In this document: positions 18,525 to 25,953 of the stretch, piece after piece
How positions within the stretch are numbered: position 1 is the stretch's first letter
Layout of the letters: each line of letters starts with the position of its first letter
NCBI GenBank assembly: GCA_031960885.1
Contig: JAVRLY010000012.1
Coordinates: 1 to 25,953 of the forward strand
Reading direction: 5' to 3'
DNA: 25,953 nucleotides
Origin: Desulfurella sp.
GTDB lineage: Bacteria > Campylobacterota_A > Desulfurellia > Desulfurellales > Desulfurellaceae
Made by a program: the position numbers and the translations under genes
The notes under the pieces: model-generated
Database searches by the model: none
Seen by the model: the letters and a program-made list of their open reading frames with translations, nothing else
What the model was told of the DNA's origin: nothing

Positions 18525-20594
18525 ATGGATGTAGCACAAACTATTTTGCTAATTGCTTTTGGTAGCTCTTTGGTTTCTATCTTATATGCTGTAATTAGTG
18601 CCTATTTAGTTATGTCTAAAGATGAGGGCACACAACGCATGAAAGACATTGCAAAAGCCATTCAAGAAGGTGCTTATGCGTTTTTAGCAAGAGAGTACAA
18701 ATATATAGCAATAGTTGCAATTGTAATTTTTGCTATTTTGTGGGCATTAGGTAGCGTATCGAGCCATTTTGGTTTGCTCACAGCGCTTGGGTATTTGCTC
18801 GGTGCTTTTTTATCTGGTCTTGCTGGATTTATTGGCATGGTTGTGTCAGTAAAAAGCAATGTAAGAACTGCAAACATTGCTAAAGAAGGTTTGAAAAAAG
18901 CCTTGAGATTGTCATTTACGGGCGCTTCTGTAACAGGCTTTTTGGTAACAGGTTTTGGACTTTTGGCAATAGCTGGGTTTTACTATATTTCCGTTTATAT
19001 GCTTAAAAACCCAGTAGACCACACAATAAAAGCACTGATTGGCCTAGCATTTGGCACAAGCCTAATAAGCGTTTTCGCCAGACTTGGCGGAGGTATCTAT
19101 ACAAAAGCAGCTGATGTTGGCGCTGACCTTGTAGGTAAAGTTGAAGCAGGCATACCAGAAGATGATCCCAGAAATCCCGCAGTTATAGCAGACAATGTGG
19201 GTGACAATGTGGGTGATTGTGCTGGTATGGCAGCGGACGTATTTGAAACATTTACAGTTACAACTGTAGCTGCTATGATTTTGGGACATTCATTGTTTGA
19301 TCCAAAAAACTTTATGGGTATAGCTGGTATGCTTCCATTGTTAATCGTATCAATCGCATCAGTTGCTGGAATAATTGGCACATTTTTTGTTAATGTTGGC
19401 AAATCAGGTAATATAATGGGAGCATTTTACAAAGGTCTTATTGCAACGGCTATTATATCACTTATTGTGATATGGTTTGCATTCAATAGCTTTATACCTC
19501 AAACAATTGGCCAATACCCCACAATAAATATTTTTATTACAAGTGTGCTTGGTATGGTATTAACAGGACTCATTATGTTGATTACTGAATATTATACTTC
19601 TTACAGTTTTAATCCCGTAAAATCTATCGCAAAATCATCTGTTACGGGTCACGCAACAAATATTATACAAGGCATGTCTGTTATGTATAAAGCGCCAGGA
19701 TTGCCTGCAATCGTGATAGCACTTACCACATATTTTGCTTTTCAATTAGCTGGTTTATATGGCATAGGTATTGCTGCTGCTTCAATGCTATCTTTAACTG
19801 GCATTATAATATCGATAGACTCATATGGACCAATTACTGACAATGCTGGCGGTATAGCTGAAATGGCAGAGCTAGATGAATCAGTTAGAAAAGTCACAGA
19901 CCCGCTAGATGCTGTTGGAAATACTACAAAAGCCGTAACCAAAGGATTTGCAATTGGCTCTGCAGCTTTGGCAGCACTTGTTTTGTTTGCAGAATACACA
20001 AGGGTTTTAAGCTCATCAAATATAGGTGGCCATTTAACAAGTTTTGATTTAAGCAATCCTTATGTTATTGTGGGACTGTTGATTGGCGGTTTATTGCCTT
20101 TTTATTTTGGCGCGATGTCTATGGAAGCTGTTGGACAAGCTGGTGGATTGATGGTAGAAGAAGTAAGAAGACAATTTAGAGAAATCAAAGGCATATTGGA
20201 AGGAAAGGCAAAACCTGACTATGCATCTTGCGTTGATATAGTTACCAAAGCATCTATAAAAAAAATGGTAGCGCCTGGATTAATACCGGTACTTGCACCT
20301 ATAATTGTTTACTTCTTATTCGGACCTATTGCATTGGGCGCTATGTCTATTGGCTCTATCGTCACTGGTTTCTTCTTGGCTGTATCAATGACTAGTGGTG
20401 GCGGTGCATGGGATAATGCAAAAAAATACATAGAAGATGGCAATTTTGGTGGAAAAGGCAGCGAAGCTCACAAAGCTGCTGTAACGGGCGATACAGTTGG
20501 AGATCCACTAAAAGATACTGCTGGGCCTGCCATTAACCCTATGATAAAGATTATCAATATAGTAGCAATATTAATTGTGTTAATTTTTGCTTAA
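18525..20594 (+). CDS. hppA: Membrane-integral H+-translocating pyrophosphatase, K+-independent type
   Basis: [55 protein letters not shown] (Lys469), [31 protein letters not shown] at 18512-18517. Confidence 0.97.
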   Translation: MDVAQTILLIAFGSSLVSILYAVISAYLVMSKDEGTQRMKDIAKAIQEGAYAFLAREYKYIAIVAIVIFAILWALGSVSSHFGLLTALGYLLGAFLSGLAGFIGMVVSVKSNVRTANIAKEGLKKALRLSFTGASVTGFLVTGFGLLAIAGFYYISVYMLKNPVDHTIKALIGLAFGTSLISVFARLGGGIYTKAADVGADLVGKVEAGIPEDDPRNPAVIADNVGDNVGDCAGMAADVFETFTVTTVAAMILGHSLFDPKNFMGIAGMLPLLIVSIASVAGIIGTFFVNVGKSGNIMGAFYKGLIATAIISLIVIWFAFNSFIPQTIGQYPTINIFITSVLGMVLTGLIMLITEYYTSYSFNPVKSIAKSSVTGHATNIIQGMSVMYKAPGLPAIVIALTTYFAFQLAGLYGIGIAAASMLSLTGIIISIDSYGPITDNAGGIAEMAELDESVRKVTDPLDAVGNTTKAVTKGFAIGSAALAALVLFAEYTRVLSSSNIGGHLTSFDLSNPYVIVGLLIGGLLPFYFGAMSMEAVGQAGGLMVEEVRRQFREIKGILEGKAKPDYASCVDIVTKASIKKMVAPGLIPVLAPIIVYFLFGPIALGAMSIGSIVTGFFLAVSMTSGGGAWDNAKKYIEDGNFGGKGSEAHKAAVTGDTVGDPLKDTAGPAINPMIKIINIVAILIVLIFA

Positions 20595-20604
20595 AGGTAT
20601 AAAA

Positions 20605-20847
20605 ATGAAAGCAACCATTATTGTAAAACCAAAAAAAGGCGTCTTGGACCCGCAAGGTAACGCCATAAAAAAAGTAGCAAGCAATTACTTTGGTGTAGAT
20701 TTTGTAGATATTAGGGCAGGAAAGTATTTTGAAGTTGAACTTAATAGTGATAATGCCAAAGACATAATTGAAAAACTGGCTTCTCAAATACTATCAAATG
20801 AAATTATAGAAGACTACGAGATAATTTATGAAAGTCGCCATAGTTAG
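20605..20847 (+). CDS. purS: Phosphoribosylformylglycinamidine synthase subunit PurS
   Basis: KKGVLDPQG, IRAGKYFE, LSNEIIEDY. The ATG at 20605 is preferred over the TTG at 20587, which overlaps hppA. Confidence 0.93.
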   Translation: MKATIIVKPKKGVLDPQGNAIKKVASNYFGVDFVDIRAGKYFEVELNSDNAKDIIEKLASQILSNEIIEDYEIIYESRHS

Positions 20848-21493
20848 GTTTTTGGGCACAAATTGTGATTTTGATTGCGAGTTTGCTGCATCATATATGG
20901 GTGCAAAAACGCGCTTTGTTTGGCATGAAGAAACAAACCTTAAAGAGTTTGATTGTGTCATTTTACCAGGCGGGTTTTCATATGGTGATTATTTACGAGC
21001 TGGCGCATTGGCAAAGTTTACCAAACTTGCCAATGCATTAATTGATTTTGATAAGTTTGGGGGTTATATCTTGGGCATTTGCAATGGTTTTCAGATACTA
21101 ACTGAATTGCATTTGCTAGAAGGCGCACTTATTACCAATACAAACTTAAGGTTTATACACAAGCACGTATATATCAAACGCATGCCTTCTGTTTGCAAAA
21201 TGACCCGTCTTATAGAAAAAGATATTTTAAAAATGCCTATTGCTCATAAAGAAGGAAATTTTTACTGCGACGAGAAAACCTTGAAAAAGCTAAATAATGA
21301 AACAAGGGTTGTGTTTAGGTATTGTGACAAAAAAGGCACAATTAATGAGGAATCAAACCCAAATGGCAGTTTAGAAAATATTGCTGGCATATGCAACAAA
21401 AAAGGCAATATATTGGGCCTTATGCCGCACCCCGAAAGAGCTGTTAGTTTTTTAGGAGAAGATGGAGAGTATTTCTTAAGTTTTTTGAGGTAA
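20828..21493 (+). CDS. purQ: FGAM synthase glutaminase subunit PurQ
   Basis: GTNCD, PGGFSYGDYLRAG, LGICNGFQ (catalytic Cys), NPNGS, MPHPER. Confidence 0.96.
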   Translation: MKVAIVRFLGTNCDFDCEFAASYMGAKTRFVWHEETNLKEFDCVILPGGFSYGDYLRAGALAKFTKLANALIDFDKFGGYILGICNGFQILTELHLLEGALITNTNLRFIHKHVYIKRMPSVCKMTRLIEKDILKMPIAHKEGNFYCDEKTLKKLNNETRVVFRYCDKKGTINEESNPNGSLENIAGICNKKGNILGLMPHPERAVSFLGEDGEYFLSFLR

Positions 21494-21496
21494 AAA

Positions 21497-22798
21497 ATGT
21501 TTGATAAAAGCAAAAGTTTCTTTGAAGAAGCCAAAAAATATATTGTAGGCGGCGTAAATAGTCCTGTTAGAGCTTTCAAAAATGTTGGAATAAATCCTAT
21601 TTTCATCAAAAAAGCAAAAGGAGCCTACTTATACAGCGAAGATTCGCAAGTATTTATTGATTATGTATCAAGCTTTGGACCAAATATTTTAGGAAATGCT
21701 AACAATACAGTTATCAATAAAGTCAAAGCTGCAATTGAAAATGGTTTTACATATGGGGCATGCACTCAATTAGAAATAGAACTTGCAAAAAGGATAGTAG
21801 AGGCTTTTAGCTCCATTGAGCTAACACGTTTTGTTAATTCTGGTACAGAAGCTGTAATGAGTGCTATTAGGCTAGCGAGAGGATTTACGCAAAGAGAAAA
21901 CTGCCTTAAGTTTATTGGCTGTTATCATGGTCATTACGATGGGATGCTTGTAGGTGCTGGCTCTGGGGCATCTACATTTGGTGTACCCACAAGCAAAGGC
22001 GTAATTGAAGATATTGCAAAACATACGCTACTTTGCGAATACAACGATTTTGATGCTGTTGAAAAAATATTTAAGAAATATGGTGATACTATTGCATGTG
22101 TTATAGTTGAACCAATTGCAGCAAATATGGGTGTTGTATTGCCTAAACCAAATTTTTTAAAATATTTAAGAGATATTACACTTGAGTACGGTAGTTTGCT
22201 TATTTTTGACGAAGTAATAACGGGATTTAGAGTATGTTATGGCGGCGTACAGACGTTAGAAAATATTAAACCAGACTTAACTATTTTAGGCAAAATTATT
22301 GGCGGTGGTTTTCCACTAGCTATGTATGGTGGCAAAAGGGAAATAATGAGTCTTGTGAGCCCAGAAGGCCCCGTATACCAAGCTGGTACCCTATCAGGAA
22401 ACCCTATTGCTACACAAGCAGGTATTGCAACGCTTGATATGTTAAAACATACAAACCCTTACGAACAACTAAAATTGAATACGCAATACCTGGTTTCTAG
22501 AATAATGGGACTTAGCACTCAATACGATATACCACTAAGTGAAAATTCTTTTGGGTCGTGCTTTACATTTTTCTTTACAGATAAAAAACCTCTCAACTAC
22601 AATGATGTTTTGCAATCAAATGAAAGATTATTTAAAAATTTCTTTTTAGGTATGTTGAAGCGTGGTATCTATTTTGCCCCCTCGCAGTTTGAAGCGAACT
22701 TTTTATCAACAGCACACACCAAAGAAGATTTGGAAACGACAATAAATGCTGCAGAAGAAATTTTTAGAGAATTTCAAAATGCTAAATTTATCGTATGA
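21497..22798 (+). CDS. hemL: Glutamate-1-semialdehyde 2,1-aminomutase
   Basis: GGVNSPVRAF, NSGTEA, GCYHGH, FDEVITGFR, GKIIGGGFP (PLP Lys), YQAGTLSGNP, PSQFEA. Confidence 0.97.
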   Translation: MFDKSKSFFEEAKKYIVGGVNSPVRAFKNVGINPIFIKKAKGAYLYSEDSQVFIDYVSSFGPNILGNANNTVINKVKAAIENGFTYGACTQLEIELAKRIVEAFSSIELTRFVNSGTEAVMSAIRLARGFTQRENCLKFIGCYHGHYDGMLVGAGSGASTFGVPTSKGVIEDIAKHTLLCEYNDFDAVEKIFKKYGDTIACVIVEPIAANMGVVLPKPNFLKYLRDITLEYGSLLIFDEVITGFRVCYGGVQTLENIKPDLTILGKIIGGGFPLAMYGGKREIMSLVSPEGPVYQAGTLSGNPIATQAGIATLDMLKHTNPYEQLKLNTQYLVSRIMGLSTQYDIPLSENSFGSCFTFFFTDKKPLNYNDVLQSNERLFKNFFLGMLKRGIYFAPSQFEANFLSTAHTKEDLETTINAAEEIFREFQNAKFIV

Positions 22799-23046
22799 AA
22801 AAAAACAATAGAGATCTCTACAAAGGCTTGTACGATGCATCAACTATAGGCATGAGTTTTGTATTTTCCATATTAATAGGGGCAGTTTTAGGCTATTTTC
22901 TTGATAAAAAGTTTCCATCAACGCATCCTTGGCTTTTGCTCCTTTTCTTGTTTTTTGGTATAGTTGCTGCATTTAGAAATCTATATATTGGAACAAAAAA
23001 AATAAACAAAAACCAAACAAAAAATGAAACAGATAAAAAGACTTGA
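22795..23046 (+). CDS. AtpZ/AtpI-family ATP synthase accessory membrane protein (ATPase gene 1 type)
   Basis: Two TM helices with GAVLGYFLDKKF-x-THPW...FGIVAAFRNLY, directly upstream of F0 genes; ATGA overlap with hemL. Confidence 0.85.
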   Translation: MKKNNRDLYKGLYDASTIGMSFVFSILIGAVLGYFLDKKFPSTHPWLLLLFLFFGIVAAFRNLYIGTKKINKNQTKNETDKKT

Positions 23047-23374
23047 AATTATCTTGCTAATATTGTATTTTATATTCGCAATTGTTGCATTTTTTGCAAC
23101 AAATGTTTTGTTTATAGGAGTTTTGGTGGGCGGTTTTTTAGCTATTTGCGATTGGTTTGTGTTAAAAAAAATGGCTTTTAAATGGGTAAAAAAAGGTAGA
23201 TTTTCTTTTTTTGCAAATATTACAAGGTTTCTTTTTATTGCTTTTTTGATAATTGAAAGCTACAAGTTACTAGCTTATAGCTTTATTGGTTTAATAATAG
23301 GCTTTTCTATTTTGCCTATTTCTACATTTATTTATTTTGTTGTATTTAGAAAACATTTAGAAAGGGAGGCCTAA
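23024..23374 (+). CDS. atpI: ATP synthase protein I (about 4 TM)
   Basis: 116-aa hydrophobic protein with GVLVGGFLAI and TRFLFI, immediately before atpB with a TAATG overlap. Confidence 0.7.
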   Translation: MKQIKRLEIILLILYFIFAIVAFFATNVLFIGVLVGGFLAICDWFVLKKMAFKWVKKGRFSFFANITRFLFIAFLIIESYKLLAYSFIGLIIGFSILPISTFIYFVVFRKHLEREA

Positions 23375-24045
23375 TGGAAGCACCTAATTTTTTACAATTT
23401 TTAGCTGATATGCTACATGTTCCTAATTTTATGGTTTTTACGTGGTTTATCATGCTAGTTATAATCGTTTTAGCTATAAGCGCGCGTTTTACTTTACAAT
23501 TTATGCCATCTGGGTTTCAGAATGTAGTGGAAGCATTCATTTCTGGCATGTATAGTTTTGTAGAAGACATACTTGGTCCAGAACAAACTAAAAAGCAATT
23601 CAAACTAATTGCTACACTTGGTATATTTATATTCTTTTCAAATATAGTAGAGCTTGTACCTTGGTTTGTACCACCAACATCTAGCTGGAATACAACAATT
23701 GCACTGGCTATTTTGGTATTTGTCTATTACCAGTATTTAGGCATAAAGCATAATGGTTTAAGATACATCAGACACTTTATGGGACCTGTTTGGTGGCTTA
23801 CACCATTGATGATACCTGTTGAAATTATTGGTCATTTTGCAAGAATCTTATCTTTGTCTGTGAGGCTTTTTGGAAATATAGGCGGCGATGATTTATTGCT
23901 TGCAGTGTTATTTTTTTTGGTACCAGCACTTGTGCCAATTCCTGTTATGTTTTTAATATTATTTGCTGCAGTGTTGCAATCATTTATCTTTCCACTGCTT
24001 ACAACACTATACATTGCAGATGCTGTTGCAACACACCATGAGTAA
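23374..24045 (+). CDS. atpB: F0F1 ATP synthase subunit a
   Basis: PSGFQNVVE, PPTSSWN, LSLSVRLFGN (essential Arg), LQSFIF. Confidence 0.96.
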   Translation: MEAPNFLQFLADMLHVPNFMVFTWFIMLVIIVLAISARFTLQFMPSGFQNVVEAFISGMYSFVEDILGPEQTKKQFKLIATLGIFIFFSNIVELVPWFVPPTSSWNTTIALAILVFVYYQYLGIKHNGLRYIRHFMGPVWWLTPLMIPVEIIGHFARILSLSVRLFGNIGGDDLLLAVLFFLVPALVPIPVMFLILFAAVLQSFIFPLLTTLYIADAVATHHE

Positions 24046-24071
24046 ACAATTTTTTATTGTGAGGAGGTTTT

Positions 24072-24413
24072 ATGAAGGGTAAGGTTTTATTTCTAACTGC
24101 ACTTTTTTTGTTAGCTGCTACTAGCGCATTTGCAGCAGGCGCTCCACAAGCTGCTTCATCTTTAAAAGAGTACTATATGCTTGTAGCTATGGGTGGAGCT
24201 ATTGGACTGGGTTTAGCTGCTGGTGGTGGCGGAATTGGCCAGGGTCATGCAGTAAATGGAACAGTATTAGGTACGGCAAGAAATCCCAGCTTATCTGGTA
24301 AATTACTAACAGTAATGATGATCGGCCTTGCTATGATTGAGTCGCTCGTTATCTACATGCTTGTTATTGTATTGATAATTTTTTATGCAAATCCATTCCA
24401 TATTGTGTTTTAA
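24072..24413 (+). CDS. atpE: F0F1 ATP synthase subunit c with N-terminal signal-like extension
   Basis: Gly-rich helix 1 (GLGLAAGGGGIGQG), ARNP loop, MIESLVIY (Glu90); SD GAGGAGG. Confidence 0.96.
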   Translation: MKGKVLFLTALFLLAATSAFAAGAPQAASSLKEYYMLVAMGGAIGLGLAAGGGGIGQGHAVNGTVLGTARNPSLSGKLLTVMMIGLAMIESLVIYMLVIVLIIFYANPFHIVF

Positions 24414-24425
24414 TTAAAAACCAAC

Positions 24426-24450
24426 AAAGGTGGGTACTCGCCCACCTTTT
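24426..24450. terminator. Intrinsic terminator, probably bidirectional, between convergent atpE and the HD gene
   Basis: AAAGGTGGG-TACTCG-CCCACCTTT-T; T-rich tails on both strands (TTTT on plus, TTTGTTGGTTTTT on minus). Confidence 0.8.
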
Positions 24451-24452
24451 GA

Positions 24453-25256
24453 TTAACTGTTTGTTTTTAGCTTTTTATTGATATAATCATTAACTATCGT
24501 AAAAATTAACTGTGTATAAGAGTTTTTTGGCATTGTTGAAAAGATTTTTTCTAAATATGCCTCTTTCTTTATTTTTTGCAGTGTGTAGGTAAAATTAATA
24601 TCAAAAACCCAACTTAAATGAAGTATTTTCAAATCAACAATAGTATTTAAATCTTCATAAAAAGGACTTGTTTTATTTAAAATCTTTTTATAAACATCAT
24701 CCGTTATTAAATCGCTGTTTTTTAATCCCAAATTAATAGAGTTATTAGGATTTTGCGATAGGTAATTTTGCGTAATTATTCTATATATGTCAATTTTATC
24801 TGCATCTCTAATAACTTTTGATAAAAAATTGATTTTGTAATCATCATATCTTTGCATTTTAGCTTTGTTATGATTTTCTATTGCTTTTACAATAATATCT
24901 TTCGTGTATTCATTGATGTTTTTTAATAAGTCATTTTCTGTTATTATTTTAATGGAAAGTTCAGCGTGGTTTGTGGATATTTTATCATTGAATGTAGAAA
25001 ATACTGCATACTGTTCAAATCTGCCCAAATCGTGAAATAGTGCAATAATGAAAGAAACAAGCCTACACTGTTGATTTTTTCTGTAATTTTGCATAATCTT
25101 TAGCGATTCTTTACATACGTTATGTGTATGGATACGTTTTAATTCAAGATTTTCTTTTTTGTCTGGATTATTTTTGACTATATTATCCACGTATCTGTCA
25201 AACCAACGTTTTAAATTTACAACATGGCTAATACTTAAATTCTCAAGCTCGCTCAT
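24453..25256 (-). CDS. HD-domain metal-dependent phosphohydrolase
   Basis: LKRIHT, ALFHDLGRFEQY, NHAELS, ENHNK, IRDADKIDI. Start is the ATG at 25256 or the TTG at 25259. Confidence 0.88.
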   Translation of the reverse strand: MSELENLSISHVVNLKRWFDRYVDNIVKNNPDKKENLELKRIHTHNVCKESLKIMQNYRKNQQCRLVSFIIALFHDLGRFEQYAVFSTFNDKISTNHAELSIKIITENDLLKNINEYTKDIIVKAIENHNKAKMQRYDDYKINFLSKVIRDADKIDIYRIITQNYLSQNPNNSINLGLKNSDLITDDVYKKILNKTSPFYEDLNTIVDLKILHLSWVFDINFTYTLQKIKKEAYLEKIFSTMPKNSYTQLIFTIVNDYINKKLKTNS

Positions 25257-25264
25257 CAAATAAT

Positions 25265-25273
25265 ATTATATCA
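25265..25273 (-). promoter_or_regulatory. Perfect extended -10 element (TGnTATAAT) upstream of the HD gene
   Basis: Minus strand TGATATAAT, 5 nt before the TTG at 25259 and 8 nt before the ATG at 25256; no SD. Confidence 0.6.
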
Positions 25274-25287
25274 CAAACAACAACAAA

Positions 25288-25953
25288 TTAGCGATCTAAT
25301 TTAAATTTTCTTTTTAAGTTTCCCAAGTTTAATAAAATAGTTGGCAATACAAATAGCACAAAAAAAATCTGAGCAAGTAAACCAAAAATAATTGCTATGG
25401 CTAATGGCTGTAACATATCTGAAGCATGACCAAAATTTACTGCAATAGGCATCAAAGACAATATAGCAATCAAGGTAGACATAACGATTGGACGCATCCT
25501 ATTTTTGCCAGCATTTATAATTGCGCTGATGTTGCTATTTTTATTTTCAAAGAATTCTTTATACTCACTAATATAGAAAATAGCTGTTTCTGTGTTTATG
25601 CCCACACTCATAATAAGACCCATAATTGATGTTATATTTAGCTGAGTATTGGTTATATACAGGCCAATAAAATCTGCAGTTAACGCCAAAAGCGACATAA
25701 ATAAAATTGTTAAAGATAATAAAAACTCCTCATACAAAAACAGCAATACAGCAAAAACTAACACAACTGCACTTATAAGTATAATTGAAAGATCAAAAAA
25801 TGCTTTCTTTTGTTGAGCGTAAAGACCTCCAAACTCGTAATATACACCCTTTTCATTTAATATCTGAGATTTGTTTAAAATATTTTTTACATTTCCTACG
25901 GCTTGACCTAAACTTGTATTACTTATCCTTGCGCTAACTGCTATCATATTTTT
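25288..25953 (-). CDS. RND efflux transporter permease (AcrB/CzcA/CusA family), C-terminal part only
   Basis: Frame is open to the window edge. EFGGLYAQQKKAF, LNITSIMGLIMSVGI, RMRPIVMSTL, QPLAIAIIFGL, LFVLP are typical of RND TM7-12. Confidence 0.88.
   Translation of the reverse strand, partial: KNMIAVSARISNTSLGQAVGNVKNILNKSQILNEKGVYYEFGGLYAQQKKAFFDLSIILISAVVLVFAVLLFLYEEFLLSLTILFMSLLALTADFIGLYITNTQLNITSIMGLIMSVGINTETAIFYISEYKEFFENKNSNISAIINAGKNRMRPIVMSTLIAILSLMPIAVNFGHASDMLQPLAIAIIFGLLAQIFFVLFVLPTILLNLGNLKRKFKLDR

Noticed and set aside
19191..19216. Tandem 12-bp repeat GACAATGTGGGT x2 in hppA
   Set aside because: It encodes the universally conserved DNVGDNVGD motif of membrane PPases.
676..25629. 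Short alternative-frame and antisense ORFs in the track (e.g. 676-912, 6097-6393, 17380-17886, 18010-18408, 19097-19402, 21262-21609, 25426-25629)
   Set aside because: All lie within well-supported genes and show no recognisable motifs; they are most simply shadow ORFs.

Overview
AT-rich bacterial chromosomal window, densely coding and mostly housekeeping. Gene content and style suggest a Desulfurella/Hippea-like lineage (Campylobacterota); this is inference, not a database match. Left arm (minus strand, in transcription order): diguanylate cyclase, chromosomal traT-like lipoprotein, then a tightly packed run mfd, SurA-like PPIase, RqcP/YabO-type S4 protein, pdxA, rsmA, rnj, ftsK, lysC, cimA, accA, pheA and a response regulator cut by the window edge (absent from the ORF track). 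Right arm (plus strand, from a divergent promoter region at 17063-17212): a CBS/DRTGG family II pyrophosphatase-like protein, hppA (K+-independent membrane H+-PPase), purS, purQ, hemL, two atpI-type genes, atpB and atpE, ending at a bidirectional terminator. Convergent to it are an HD hydrolase and the 3' end of an RND transporter. I found no RNA genes, CRISPR arrays or mobile elements. The best candidate for an undescribed system is the CBS-PPase homolog: it has lost the DHHA2 domain and two metal ligands but keeps its nucleotide-sensing module, and sits 13 bp upstream of hppA, so it may be a pseudoenzyme regulator of the membrane PPase. Other points: an internal RBS for an aspartokinase beta subunit inside lysC, orphan TraT with a polar insertion, two candidate leaderless mRNAs, and a c-subunit with a signal-peptide-like extension and a partial Na+ signature.
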